Positions 24,863 through 38,641 are shown, counted from the first letter of the stretch. The stretch is DNA of 64,000 nt from Somniosus microcephalus (GCA_052327205.1 CM126204.1:73408001-73472000), one strand, 5' to 3'. A program made the numbers and translations. The notes: generated by a model not told the origin, from the sequence alone.

Positions 24863-25396
24863 GAGGGGAGACCTTATTGAGGTGTATAAAATTATGAGGG
24901 GCATAGATAAAGTCGATAGAAAGGACTTATTTCCCTTAGCAGAGGGGTCAAAAACCAGGGGGCACAGATTTAAAGTAATTGGGGGAAGGTTTAGAGGGGA
25001 TTTGAGGGGAAATTTCTTCACCCAGAGGGTTGTGGGGGTCTGGAACTCACTGCCTGAAAGGATAGTAGAGGCAGGAATGCTAACCACATTTAAAAAGTAC
25101 TTGGATGTGCACTTGGGATGCTGTAACCTGCAGGGCTACGGACCAAGAGCTGGGAAGTGGGATTAGGCTGGATAGCTCTTTGTTGGCTGGCACGGACAAG
25201 ATGGGCCGAAATGGCCTCCTTCCGTGCTGTAACTTTCTATTCTTCTATGATTCTAAAGTTAACATGCAGGTACAGCAAGCAATTAGGAAAGCAAATGGTA
25301 TGTTAGCCTTTATTGCAAGGGGATTGGAGTATAAGAGTAAGTAAGTCTTGCTGCAATTATATAGGGCTTTGTTGAAACCACACCTGGTGTACTGTG

Positions 25397-25844
25397 ATGA
25401 TAGCAAAATACTGCAGAACTCATCTTCCGACTAGGCACTTTGCAGCCTTCCGGACTCAATATCGAGTTCAACAATTTCAGATCATAACCTCGGCCCCTAT
25501 TACTTTTTTACTTATAATTTTTTCCATCCCTTTGTTTTGGGTCCTCCTTCCCCGCCCCCCCCCTTTCCTTTTGTTTCTCTCTCTCACCTGGCAGCTGTCT
25601 CTTACCTGCCAGTACACTTCACACCTAATCTCAGCTGCCTTTTGTCTCCACGGGCCTATTACCATCTCGTCTGGCTTCGAATACCTTTTATTGTCTCTTT
25701 TGTTCGATCGCAGCCTTGCCTTCGATCTATTTTCTTTTCTTTCCAGTTTTGAAGAAGGGTTTCGACCCGAAACGTCAACTCAAATTTCTCTCCATGGATG
25801 TTGCCTGACCTGCTGAGTTTTTCCAGCATTTTCTGTTGTTATTT
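25397..25844 (+). mobile_element. Penelope-like element, 3' remnant
   Basis: LIFRLGTLQPSGLNIEFNNFRS* (GIY-YIG C-terminal signature); hammerhead motif; 14-bp TSD CCTGGTGTACTGTG; short inverted piece at 5' end. Confidence 0.88.
25745..25780 (+). ncRNA. Minimal type-I hammerhead ribozyme motif, core C3 mutated
   Basis: AGTT-TTGAAGA-A-GGGT TTCG ACCC-GAAA-C-GTC-AACT. Confidence 0.65.
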
Positions 25845-26377
25845 CCTGGTGTACTGTGTATAGTTTTGGTCTTGTTACCTAAGGAAGGATATACTTGCCT
25901 TAGAGGGGTTGCAACGAAGGTTCACTAGATTGATTCCTGGAATGAGAGGGCTGTCCTATGAGAAGAGATTGAGTAGAATGGACCTATACTCTCTGGAGTT
26001 TAAAAGAATGAGAGGTGATCTCAGTGAAATGTATAAAATTCTTAGAAGGCTTGACAGGGTAGATGAAAAGAGGCTTTTTCCCCTGGCTGGAGAGTCTAGA
26101 ACTAGGCATCATAGTCTCAAGATTTAGGACTGAGATGAAGAGAAATGTCTTCACTCAGAAGGTTGTGAATCTTTGGAATTCTCTATCCCAGAGATCTGTG
26201 GAGGCTCTTTCATTGAGTATATTCAAGACTGAGATCATTTTTGGGCACTAAGGGAATCAAGGGGCTAGGGCAGAAAAGTGGAGTTGATGTGAAATTTCAG
26301 CCATGATTTTATTGAATGGGAGAGCAGACTTGAGGGGCCATTTGCCCTACTCCTGCTCCTATTTCTAATGTTTGAAC

Positions 26378-26630
26378 TGTTGATGAATTGTTGTTGAAAA
26401 GTCAAACATATGGCCTGGACATCAATGAACCAAAAATAGAGGTCCTTTTGTTCAGTCTTGAGCAGCATAGCATAAAATACCATCTGGAAAATGAAAACTT
26501 AGAACAAGTAATCCTATTTGAATAATTTGGAGCAGAATTGACAAGTGATAATGACACCTCAGAGGATATTAGAATCAGATTAGTGATGCCAATCCAATTT
26601 TTCAGTAGACTATTGAAACTGTATAAAGAT
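26378..26630 (+). mobile_element. Ancient RTE-like LINE relic
   Basis: Manual translation SQTYGLDINEPKIEV...ENLEQV..FE*FGAELTSDND.SEDIRIRL resembles the RTE RT C-terminus. Confidence 0.55.
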
Positions 26631-27317
26631 TGGTCAGACTCCTGTTAGATATTTAATTTAAAAAACTCCCAGAATACATTTTAAGAAGTTCTCAGCATAT
26701 TAAGCTCATGTAGTGTAGCTATATCAAGACATTCTGCATCCAGTCTCCATTACACAAATGCTTCCACCTCTGGTTTTTATATGAAGGTCATATTTACTAA
26801 GTGGCAGCTAATGCTACAAAACAGGCCAGATTGAAGGAAAATATTGTGAAGCATATGACGAAGACAGCCTCTGTGTCATGTCTTGAGGATATTGCATTTA
26901 TGTCTGTACCAAGCAATAGCATAATAAATGCATTGCAGAGGAGGAATGAGTATGTGTTGGACTGAAAAGCTATTGGAAGAATCAATAGCTGTGGCTGAAG
27001 ATTTCCTCTATGTTTTAGGTGCAGCAAAATCATGAACACATTCCGTACAAAGACGTTTTACGATTCTGGTACACCTAGTAGGTAGACATTGTCACTTAGG
27101 CAAAGAAGGCTTGAATAGTTGAAGTAGATTGATTGCTGTGAACTTTATACACTACTGGCTACAACAGTAGCCAACCTTACCTATGTGTGAATTTTAATTG
27201 GCTGTAGTTTTGGATTATCAATAGTTTGATAGTTTAAAAGTATGGAAAGATCTTGTAGGTGAAATTATACATAAATCTTTATTTCCAAAATTGTGGCAGG
27301 CTCATATTTTTGCTGTT

Positions 27318-28434
27318 ATAGAAACATAGAAAGATAGAAGATAGGAGCAGGAGTAGGCCATTCGGCCCCTCGAGCCTGCTCTGCCATTTAATGAGATCAT
27401 GGCTGATCATCCAAATTCAGTACCCTGTCCCTACTTTCTCCCCATATCCCTTGATTCCTTTAGCCTTAAGAAATATATCTAACTCCTTCTTGAATATATT
27501 TAATGAATTGGCCTCAACTGCCTTCTGTGGTAGAGAGTTCCACAGTTTCACCACTCTCTGGGTGAAGAAATTCCTCCTCATCTCTGCCCTAAATATCTTA
27601 CCCCTTATCTTTAGACTGTGACCCCTGGTTCTGGACTCCCCCGCCATCGGGAAAATCCTTCCTGCATCTAGTCTGTTTAGTCCTGTTAGAATTTTATAAG
27701 TTTCAATGAGATCCCCTCTCATTCTTCTAAACTCCAGCGAATATAAGCCCAATCGACCCAATCTCTCCTCATACGTCATTCCTGCCATCCCAGGTATCAG
27801 TCTGGTAAATCTTCGCTGCACTCCCTCCATGGCAAGAACATCCTTCCTCAGATAAGGTGACCAAAACTGCACACAATACTCAAGGTGTGGTCTCACCAAG
27901 GCCCTGTACAACTGCAGAAGGACATCCTCTCACTATGAAGGCCAACATACCCTTTGCCTTCTTAACCGCCTGCTGCACCTGCATGCTTACCTTCAGCGAC
28001 TGGTGCATAAGGACACCCAGGTCTCGTTGCACTTCCCCTTCTCCCAATTTATTGTCGTTCAGATAATAATCTGCTTTCCTGTTTTTGCCACCAAAGTGGA
28101 TAACATTGCATTTATCCACATTGGGCAGATGCATGGCAGATGCAGTATAATCACCCAATCTGTCCAAATCATACTGGAGTTTCTCGGCATCATCCTCACA
28201 GCACACACACCCACCCAGCTTTGTGTCATCTGCAAACTTGGAGATATTACATCTAGTTCCCTCGTCTAGATCATTAATATATATTGTGAATAGCTGGGGT
28301 CCTAGCACCGATCCCTGCCACTTGGAGAAAGACCCGTTTATTCCAACTCTTTGCTTCCTGTCTGCCAACCAGTTCTGTATCCAAGTCAGTACCTAACCCC
28401 CAATCCCATGTGCTTTAACTTTACACGCTAATCT
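27318..28434 (-). mobile_element. CR1 3' fragment
   Basis: ORFs 27417-27911 and 27880-28368; 3' tail. Confidence 0.93.
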
Positions 28435-30100
28435 TTTGTTATTCCCTAATTTATATATGCATATTTAATATATGAAGTTCTTATTGTTTTTATAGGATAA
28501 ATTCTTAACACTGTCTCTTCAATAAATGTTTTTATAAATCAATGCACTGTCCTTAGCTGTTTGTAATTAGTGAATAAAATCATTCTTATTTTCCTTTTTG
28601 CAAATTAGAATTTCAGGCCCAATGTTGCTGCAAATTATAAGGAACATGCGGATATATTTCATTGACATTGCTATGTGGCCAAAGCTTTCTGATTTGTGGA
28701 TACCATAGGGGATTGAGTAAATAATTTGTTTAAATTTGACAGTTTTTTTCTTGAAATTACTGGTTATATATTTATAGTTTGAAAAGATCCCTTGTTTTTG
28801 GATTAGTAGTGCCTTTGTTAGAATTGGGGGTGGTGGTGGTGATGGGTACTTATAGTTGTTCTGTTTGTAAGCTCCATGAAACAGTCCTATGTTAACTAAA
28901 AATCCCATAATTTCCCAAGTACATTTCCCAGGTGTTTCTTCAGGGCTTCTCGCATTGTGTCACCGTAACTTTGACAGAAGCTTGGTGGAAACCCTATACA
29001 CAGACCAGAAGCCCTGAGGAAATTAACCCACATTGTCTTATGTAATGAGAGCTGAGGTTTGGAGGGGATCTAAGCAACCCCCATGGTGAGTAGGTGCCAG
29101 ATTTTTAAGTCGGGTGGGGCATGTGGGTACTTAAACTGGTGCTTGTGCCCACTTGCCTCATGCAAATTAGGCGTCCCCCCCACTGATCGCGAAAGGTAGG
29201 GTCAGCGCTGGGAACACTGGCGGATGTGATTTGGACATAAACACTAGGATCACGTCCTGACGAAACTGAAGGCCTGTATTTTTTCACCTTTCTCCATTTT
29301 ATCTATTCAACTGTGGTGAATTTTCTCTCTTTCCTCATTCTTTCTAAGCTCCAAATACATCATTATACATGTGCTTCCTTCATCCTATCTTATGGTATTG
29401 AAATTAAGACTCATCACAGAGTCTTGTGCTGTAGCTCGTTTTTTCCAGGACTTGAAAACTGTGGAACTCCTTACATCCTGCAGTCTTTCCTTCCTTCTGC
29501 AAACTTCAGTTTTCAACAACAATACTTGGCATCACTTAAACCCTACTTTATGATTTACCTTAAAACATTTATCTTTAAAACCTTGGTGGTGCCTTGCATT
29601 ATGGCAAAGGCACCCTTCACTTTGGTTGTTCAATAAAAGAAAAGGATTAATTTGACTAAAAAATTAACAAGATCTTTATTGCAAATGTAATGAATAGGGA
29701 GCAGTTAACCACAATGACTAAACTATACAATTTTATATTAGCTTGTTATAATTACAAATGATTAAAGTAAGCATGATTTAGCTCAGCTACTCTGTACAAA
29801 CGGTCATGACAATTGCAGTAATGACTAAGTGTGTGCTATATCCCCATTGCCTAATGATTTTCATTTTAAAGCCTAACTGCTTCATAGACAAGTGAATTGT
29901 GGCTACTTCTATGGGTTTTTGTCATAAATCTTACAGTCATTCTGCTAAATACTGCCATCATAATTCTGTGTGATAAATCCAAAGCCTTACTGCAATTAAG
30001 AGGCTAGATCATAAATGTGTCTGACAAAATAGGTTCAGACATTGTCCCACCCAAGCTCAAATTATTAACAGGGAAGAGCGTAGGTTGACCACCCATGCTG

Positions 30101-32645
30101 TAGAAACATAGAAGATAGGAGCAGAGGTAGGCCATTCGGCCCCTCGAGCCTGTTCTGCCATTTAATGAGATCATGGCTGATCATCCAAATTCAGTACCCT
30201 ATCCCTGCTTTCTCCCCATATCCCTTGATCCATTTAGCCTTAAGAAATATATCTAATTCCTTCTTGAATATATTTAATGAATTGGCCTCAACTGCCTTCT
30301 GTGGTAGAGAATTCCATAGGTTCACCACTCTCTGGGTGAAGAAATTCCTCCTCATCTCAGTTCTACATGGATTACCCCTTATCTTTAGACTGTGACCCCT
30401 GGTTCTGGACTCCCCCGCCATCGGGAACATCCTTCCTGCATCATGTCTGTCTACTCCTGTTAGAATTTTATAAGTTTCAATGAGATCCCCTCTCATTCTT
30501 CTAAACTCTAGCGAATATAAGCCTAATTGACCCAATCTCTCTTCATACGTAATTCCTGCCATCCCAGGTATCAGTCTGGTGAATCTTCGCTGCATTCCCT
30601 CCATGGCAAGAACATCCTTCCTCAGATAAGGAGACCAAAACTGCACACAATACTCAAGGTGTGGTCTCACCAAGGCCCTGTACAACTGCAGAAGGACATC
30701 CTTGCTCCTGTACTCGAATCCTCTCGCTATGAAGGCTAACATACCATTTGCCTTCTTAACCACCTGCTGCACCTGCATGCTTACCTTCAGCAACTGGTGC
30801 ACAAGGACACCCAGGTCTCGTTGCACTTCCCCTTTTCCCAATCTATTGCCATTCAGATAATAATCTGTCTTCTTGTTTTTGCCACCAAAGTGGATAACCT
30901 CGCATTTATCCACATTATACTGTATCTGCCATGCATCTGCCCAATCACCCAACCTGTCCAAATCATAGTGGAATTTCTCGGCATCCTCCTCACAGCACAC
31001 ACGCCCACCCAGCTTTGTGTCGTCTGCAAACTTGGAGATATTACATCTAGTTCCCTCGTCTAGATCATTAATATATATTGTGAATAACTGGGGTCCTAGC
31101 ACGGATCCCTGTGGTACCCCACTTGTCACTGCCTGCCACTCAGAAAAAGACCCGTTTATTCCAACTCTTTGCTTGCTGTCTGCCAACCAGTTCACTATCC
31201 AAGTCAGTACCTTACCCCCAATCCCATGTGCTTATACTTTGCACGCTAATCTCTTATGCAGGACCTTATTGAAAGCCTTCTGAAAGTCCAAATACACCAC
31301 ATCCACTGGTTCTCCCTTATCTATTCTACCAGTTACATCCTCAAAATATTCTAGTCGATTAGTCAAGCATGATTTACCTTTTGTATATCCATTTTGACTT
31401 TGTCCGATCCTGTCACTGTTTTCCAAATGCTCTGCTATTACATCTTTTATAATGGATTCTAGCATTTTCCCCACTACCGATGTCAGGCTTACCGGTCTAT
31501 AATTCCCCGTTTTCTCTCTACCACCTTTTTTAAATAGTGGGGTTACATTAGCTACCCTCCAATCCATGGGAGCTGTTCCAGAGTCTATAGAATTTTGGAA
31601 GATGACCAGCAATGCATCTACTATTTCTAGGGCCACTTCCTTAAGTACCCTAGGATGTAGCTTATCAGGCCCTGGGGATTTACCGACCTTCAATCCTGTC
31701 AATTTCCCAACATCATTTCCCTACAAATACTGATTTCATTCAGTTCCTCCCTCTCATTAGACCCTATGTTCCCCGACATCTCTGGGAGGTCATTTGTTTC
31801 CTCCTTTGTGAAGACAGAACCAAAGTATGTATTTAATTGGTCAGCCATTTCTTTGTTCCCCATTATAAATTCCCCTGATTCTGACTGCAAGGGACCTATG
31901 CTTGACTTCACCAATCTTTTTCTCTTCACATATCAATAGAAGCTTTTACAGTCAGTTTTTATGTTCCCTGCAAGCTTACTCGCATACTCTATTTTCCCCC
32001 TCTTAATTAATCCCTTTGTCCTCCTTTGCTAAATCCTAAACTGCTCCCAATCCTCGGGTTTGCTGCTTTTTCTGTCCAATTCATATGTCCTATCCTTGGA
32101 TCCTATGCTATCCCTAATTTCCCTTGTTAGCCACGGTCGAGTCACCTTTTTTGTTTTATTTTTATGCCAAGCAGGGATGAACAAATTCTGTAGTTCATCC
32201 GTGTGATCTTTAAATGTTTGCCATTGCCTATCCACCGTCAACCGTTGAAGTAACGTTCTCCAATCCATCCTAGCCAATTCGTGCCTCATACCATCGTAGT
32301 TTCCTTTATTTAAATTCAGGACCCTAGTCTCTGCGTCAATTACTTCATTCACCATCATAATGAAGAATTCTATCATATTATGATCGCTCCTCCCCAAGGG
32401 GCCTCGCACAGCAAGATTGCTAATTAATCCTTTCTCATTACATAATACTAAAGTCTAATATGGCCTGATCTCTAGTTGGTTCCTCAACATATTGGTCCAG
32501 GAAACCATCCCATGTACACTCTAGGAATTCCTCCTCCACAGTATTGTTACTAATTTGGTTAGCCCAATCTATATGTAGATTAAAGTCACCCATGATAACT
32601 GCTGTGCCCTTATTGCACACATCTCTAATTTCCTGTTTAATGCCT
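30101..32645 (-). mobile_element. CR1 LINE, 5'-truncated (part of endonuclease, RT, tail)
   Basis: MGDFN, SDHN, KSPGPD, 334-aa RT ORF 30191-31195. Confidence 0.95.
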
Positions 32646-32709
32646 ATTTCTAGGATTATCCTAGACCGACATCATTATGGTAATTTGTACTGGTGTATTG
32701 GTGTCCCTG

Positions 32710-32883
32710 GGGGTGAATTTTCACAGGGGTTCTCCCACTCCTCTGCCGTAACTTCAGTGGTAGTGATGCTGTAACCCTAGAAATATGGTGTAAATACTAA
32801 TTATGCTGTTTATCTGAGGTTTTCACAACTCTTCCATTGGAGTTCCCGCGGACAAGCGGGAGAACCCCTGCAGAAATTCACTC
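32710..32883. mobile_element. Palindromic MITE (about 175 bp)
   Basis: GGGGTGAATTTTCACAGGGGTTCTCCC / GGGAGAACCCCTGCAGAAATTCACTC inverted ends. Confidence 0.72.
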
Positions 32884-33010
32884 TTAGTTCCAGTGTTTAT
32901 GTGTCAAGAAAGGGCAAATTTGTATCTTAAACTCCAGCATTAGAAAGTGGTCACCATGAGGGTTGAAACTGGCTTGTTTCCAGGTGGAAATTAATTGGCA
33001 ACTCAACATT

Positions 33011-33746
33011 GGCCCAGAAATTTGGGTCTCCACGGGTGAGTACACACGGGGTACTCACTCGTAGGCCCAATGGAAGTGCCGGTTTTGTGCATGTACTGCG
33101 CATGCGCGGGATACCGGAACTTCCGTTCCCTTGAAAGAAGGGGTTCAGAGGTGGAACGCGTGCGCGTTGAACTTAGGTTTTTTTCCAGATTTTTCCGGGA
33201 GTGTAAGTCTCCAGGAGTTACACATGTAAAAAGCAGGTGCAAGGCCTGCTTTTAACAAGGTAAGTGGTGAATTAATTAAAATTCAAACATTTTTTCCATA
33301 GGTTTATTATTTTTAAATACTTTAAAAAAGGTAAATTTATTTTTAGCTCCGTTAGAAAATGTAATTAATTTTTTCAAAAATTTAAATTATTGTTTAAAAT
33401 AGTTATTTTATATAATTTATAGTTATTTTAAAAGTGATTAAAAAAAAATTATTTGAAGTTTTAGTGATGTTTTGGGGCTTATAGTATTTATGGTTTTGAC
33501 AGCTCTTCCTGTCAATTTTATGAATGGGCATTCCCTGCTACCATTGGCTCTCCATGGCCCACGTGATCCCAGGGGACGCATCGAACTAACTGCGCCCCTG
33601 GGATATGCAAGCACTGCGCGCCGGCAGTTGGAGGAGGCCCAGGATCGGAATCCCACGTGGGCCCACAGCTCAACGGCCGGCACGCTAGTTAAGTACAGGT
33701 CGGAGGCTTGCACCCGCGGGAAGCCTCCGACCTGAATTTCTGGACC
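33011..33746 (-). mobile_element. Non-autonomous TIR element family A (opposite orientation to the 57523 copy)
   Basis: GGCCCAGAAATT / AATTTCTGGACC TIR; flanks ATT/AAT; same hairpin series as 57523-58381; AT-rich core. Confidence 0.8.
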
Positions 33747-33979
33747 AATGTCCCCACTTTCTCACTGACTGATTTCCAGAGACATGTTAAAAGTGCAAAG
33801 GTAATAGTATATATGTGTGATGGAGAATGCTGTAGTGAACTTGCAGGTAACATTGTATTATTGAAACTGCCCTAGGATTATATCACATTTTTATTGTTGT
33901 AATGTTTTCCAATGTGTTCCACCCTTTTTTTGGTAAAAAAAGAAACTCCCTGCATTCATCTTGGTTAAGAAAGCAGTAA

Positions 33980-34998
33980 GGGGGAGAAATTGGTCCTCAT
34001 TGTATTCATTTCCTGTCTGGAAAACGGGTGCAAAAAGTACCAATTTCTGGGGACAGTGCCCTGCATCCCAAGAATGACTGAAAGACGGGGTCAAATGATT
34101 TTTCACGTGTCCCTAATGGCCATCTAAAATAGGCATTAGGCCCCTTACAACAAAAACTTAAATATATATAGCGCCTATTGTAGTAAAACATCCCTAGGAC
34201 CTTCACAGGAGCATTATCAAACAAAATTTGTCACCGAGCCACATAAGGAGATATTAGGACAGGTGACCAAAAGTTTGATCAAAGAGATAGGTTTAAAGGG
34301 AGAGAAAGTACTAGAGGGATGAAGAGGTTTAGGGAGGAAATTGCAGAGTTTAGGGCCTAGGTAGCAGAAGGCATGGCCGCCAGTGGTGGAGTGATGAAAA
34401 TCGGAGATGCACAAGAGGCCAGAATTGGAGGAGCATGGAGACCTTGGAGGGTTGTAGGGCTGGAAGAGGTTACAGAGATAGGGAGGGGCGAAGCCATAGA
34501 GGGATTTAAAATGAGAGATCAAATGCCTGTTTTAAGATCCCTCTATTCCATTGGCCAGCGCTGAGTGAGTGACTGTGGCTAAGCAGAGGCTGCCAACAGT
34601 AAGTACATTTTTTTTAAATGTCTGATGTGGAGCCGGTTTGAGCCCGAGTGCCATTCCCGGCTCCACAGCACTCACAATGAAAACTGCTGGCCCGTGGTCA
34701 TCCCTCCTACTGTTATCTTCCCCCACCGCCCGCCCCACCCCATGTCACCCCCAAAACTACCACCAACCCCGGGACTTACCTAAGGGCCACTGCTGGCAAG
34801 GCAAATGGCTCAAAATACATCCTTTTGAAATAGATCAGCTGCCTCAGCTGCACCACAGGTGCCGGCAGCTCATGCAACTTATTGAAATGAGGCCCGAGAC
34901 ACAATTTTGGTTGAATCTCAGGCCTCCCGGTTGGGGCACACGCTGCCTACATGCCATTAGTTTTGCACCTGAAAACAGGCCAATCCAATTTCTAACCT
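33980..34998. mobile_element. Degenerate TIR element interrupted by L2
   Basis: GGGGGAGAAATTGG ... CCAATTTCTAACC ends. Confidence 0.45.
34148..34515 (-). mobile_element. L2 LINE 3' end
   Basis: KSLYGFAPPYL...GGHAF..LGPKL.N.LP peptide; tail homologous to 38782-38990. Confidence 0.82.
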
Positions 34999-35519
34999 GA
35001 CATCGCTACAAACACTCGCATTGTCAGTACATGATTAACTCATGAACTGGTGTAGTTAAGTGGCGCACAGAGATTTGTTGTCTACTTTTCAACCCATCCC
35101 CTCAGATAGGAAGACTGAGTCTAGAAATTCCTACATTGGGTGGAGGGGCAACCCTTTATGTGAATGTTGGTTGCCATTCGGATTCAAAGTGGGGTTTTCC
35201 AGATGAAATCTAATATTGTAGAATTTTGGCTGCTTTACCATCTTATGACAGGATAACAATAAAATGTGTGCGAAAACAGATGCTGGAACATATATTACGT
35301 GGAAGCTGTACATCATTTATATAGGCGGCATTGCACCCTTTTGTGTGGTAGGTGTACACTATTTACATAACTCTGTACCTTTCTGAGCAGCAAGGCAAAT
35401 GTTCATTTAGCAGCAACACAGCTTGTCCTATTCTCAGAATCCGCTCTTCTGAAATGATGGCCATACTCAACTTATCCTGTTCACAGTATACGTGTACAGA
35501 AGTTGATACTGAGGCATAC

Positions 35520-35988
35520 ATAAAAAGAAAGACTTGCATTTATATAGCGCCTTTCACAACCTCCTGATGTCTCAAAGCGCTTTACAGCCAATGAAGTACT
35601 TTTGAAGTGTAGTCACTGCTGTAATGTGGGAAACGGGGCAACCAATTTGCACACAGCAAGGTCCCACAAACAGCAATGTGATAATGACCAGATCATTTTT
35701 TTTTTATGTTGGTTGAGGGATAAGTATTGGCCAGGACACCAGGGATAACTCCCCTGCTCTTCTTCAAAATAGTGCCATGGGATCTTTTATGTCCACCTGA
35801 GAGAGCGGATGGAGCCTCGGTTTAACATCTCATCCGAAAGACAGCACCTCTGACAGCGCAGCACTCCCTCAGCACTGCACTGGAGTGTCAGCCTAGCTTT
35901 ATGTGCTCAAGTCCCTGGCATGGGACTTGAACCCACAACCTTCTGACTCCGAGGCGAGTGTGCTACCAACTGAGCCACAGCTGACACT
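35520..35988 (-). mobile_element. tRNA-derived SINE with L2-type tail (SacSINE1/DeuSINE-like), full length
   Basis: A box TGGCTCAGTTGG, B box GGTTCAAGTCC on minus strand; homologous to 38171-38641. Confidence 0.85.
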
Positions 35989-36564
35989 ACTAGATGTGAG
36001 CGAATGGCCAACTCTTACCTGATATGTAATTTATTAGTTATTGATGTCAATCTATTGTAATATATATACTACTGTCATCAAATGCCATTTGGAAAGGTTC
36101 TTAACTTCCCAGTGCAGTAAACCCTAATCCTGTGACAACCCCAATAGCCAAACCACAGGGGGTGGCATCAACTGCTCAGAAGAGGCCAAGGTAAATTTCA
36201 AAAAATAACTGCTGTGAAATCCTTGTGGGCCAGGAGGAGCAGGAGTCCTTGGGCCTCCCCATCCCCGGCCTTGGAGTTGGTCCGGGCCTCATGCTAATTT
36301 CCTCGTGGGAGTTTCCCTTCGAACGCGTCCCCCAGCTAAAATAGAGGCCTATCGTTCAGCAATCGATTTGCATGGTGGACTGGCATTCTGGAAAACTTCT
36401 ATTAAGTTTAATTGCACCATAGTTTACATTTTGTCAATAAGCATTCCCAATGTGGAGTGTCATGTGCCAGAATTTGGCTGTGGAATCTACCCCCACAATA
36501 TCGCCTGTGACAATGAACACAATTTAGAAATGTCCAGAACAGACACTTGGAGCCCATCCCTTTT

Positions 36565-36935
36565 GAAAGAAAGTGTTTGCATTTGTCTTTCACAATGTCA
36601 GAATATCCAAAGCATTTCATTGCCAATTAAGTATTTTTGATGTGTAGTCACTGTTGTAATAAGGTCCCACAAACAGCAATGAGATAAATTACCATATAAT
36701 CTGTTTTTTAGTGATCTTGGTTGAGGGATAAATGTTGGTCAGGACATCAGGAGGACCCCCTACTCTTCTTTGAATAGTGCCATAGACGTTTTACACGTCC
36801 ACCTGAGAGAGCAGGTTTAACATTTCATCTGAAAAATGGCACCTCCAATGGTGTAGCACTCCCTCAGTACTGCAATGAACTGTTATGCTAAATTATGTCC
36901 TCAAGTCTCTGGAGTAAGGCTTGAACCCACAATCT
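36565..36935 (-). mobile_element. Older copy of the same SINE
   Basis: Alignable with 35520-35945. Confidence 0.8.
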
Positions 36936-37557
36936 TTTAAGTCATTCAACACATCATTGATGAAGATAGTGAATAATGGGTGACAATGGACAACCTTTTG
37001 AAAGAGATATGTAAGAGTAGATGGCAGACTCACAGCGCCTAGGTGTGGGAGTTGGAGTACACATCCCAGATAAAATTTGGAAACAAATCTTGGGGCATTC
37101 TATCGTGAGTTGGCAATGTGCCAGAGACAATGAAAGTACTGAATTCCATCAGCAAACTGACCATGAAAACATAATTTGGGAAACATTGAGGCCCTGATAT
37201 GGGAGAGGGGCAGGTTGTAGCGGCCGGGAAACCCGAAAATGCGATGAACACAGGTAGTGCCGAATTTAACAGCAGCACCTCATTTGAATTTTTTTTCTTC
37301 ATTTTCTAGCCGGCAGTCAGCCAGATTAAACAAATTTTAAAAAGGCAGTTTGCTAGTTTGGCAATGGACAGCTCAGTGTCGCCAACGGTATTGTAAACTA
37401 TATTTTCTGACAATGAATGCACAATAGAGAAACCAACTGTCACATTTTGGGAATTGAAATAAATTTTAATTTTAACTTTAATTCCAATTCAACCCCCCAG
37501 TTTCAAACTATGACAACAATTTCTAGTTTCCACCATAATTGTGGGGCCAAATGACAA

Positions 37558-38165
37558 AGGACTTGATTTTAACTCCTGGGCTGGAATATGACCTAACAAG
37601 TGGCCGGCCCATCTGGGAGCAGTAGCAAGGAAGCCCAGCCCATTTTAACTGCTGCTTGCCTATTTTCTGGCCAAAACGGTTGGGAAATCGGTGAGAAGTG
37701 GATGCTCAGCCTTTAAAATCGGGTGGCAGGAGGCCACTAAATAGGACGCATGGAAATAGTCTCCGGCACAAGCTATGTGTTGTGGGAGGGGAATTCCAGT
37801 CGGGAAAGGAGGGCGGGGGGGGGGCCGCCTGGTACTGTGAAGGGCTAAGGATACCTTGTGGGGCCTGGAGGAGTAATCCTGCTCCTTCTGGACCACTAGG
37901 AAACTGAATTTTATTTTTTAAATTTACCTTGCTGGGTCTCTTCTGGCCCTGGCTCCTGTTTCCGGCAGGTTTATACTGGCGGGGAAGCCACCACTGCACC
38001 CCCAGTCAAGCTTCAGGTTAAAATAGAACTTTGGGCCCCAATGATATCATTGGAGCCCGACCTGCATATTTAAAGAGGACTCTGCTGGCTTGGGGTGGGT
38101 GTTCTTGCTGCCAACAATTTAAAATTGTATTCATCCAGATTTGAGCGAGAAAGGAGTGGGTAAAT
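37558..38165. repeat. Degenerate GC-rich interspersed repeat
   Basis: TGTGGG.CC.GGAGGAG..CCTGCTCC block resembles about 1560 and about 36225. Confidence 0.4.
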
Positions 38166-38170
38166 CCTCT

Positions 38171-38641
38171 GTTACAGCTGTGGCTCAGTTGGTGGCACTC
38201 TCGCCTCTGAGTCAGAAAATTGTGGATTCAAGTCCCACTCCAGAGACTTGAGTACATACTTTAAACTGACACTCCAGTGCAGTACTGAGAGAGTGCTGCA
38301 TTGTTGGATGTACCGTCTTTCAGATGAGACGATAAACCGAGGCTCCATCTGCCCTCTCAGGTGGACGTAAAAGATCCCATTGCACTATTTCGAAGAAGAG
38401 CTGGGGTGTTCCCTTCCGGTATCCTGGCCAATATTTATCCCTTAACCAACATCACTTTAAAGAAACAGGTTATCTGGTCATTATCACATTGCTTTATGGG
38501 AGCTTACTGTGCGCAAATTGGCTGCTGCGTTTCCTACAATACAACAGTGACTATGCTTGAAAAGTAATTAATTGACTGTAAAGTGCTTTGGGATGCCTTG
38601 AGGTCGTGAAAGGCGCTATATAAATACAAGTTCTTTCTTTT
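38171..38641 (+). mobile_element. tRNA-derived SINE with L2-type tail, full length
   Basis: A box 38181-38192, B box GATTCAAGTCC, (TTCT)n end. Confidence 0.85.

Larger units (their letters stand above)
13776..25254 (+). mobile_element. Long CR1 LINE (end of ORF1 esterase, APE endonuclease, RT, 3' tail) nested in the outer CR1
   Basis: ORF1 SGNH-type DGLHLN motif near 14002, stop about 14081; YFNARG..ITETWL endonuclease; RT 16595-17127; TSD AAAG/AAAG. Confidence 0.9.
11610..26372 (+). mobile_element. CR1 LINE, outer host of a nested cluster (segments 11610-11938, 12781-13775, 25255-25396, 25845-26372)
   Basis: Colinear ORF2 peptides resume across each insertion; 3' UTR at about 26290-26372. 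Confidence 0.88.

Noticed and set aside
25394-25816. 140-aa hydrophobic ORF (and its twin 56854-57229)
   Set aside because: Off-frame reading of the Penelope 3' end and its pyrimidine-rich UTR
38175-38250. tRNA gene (also about 35915-35988)
   Set aside because: A and B boxes are the head of a multi-copy SINE; no complete cloverleaf
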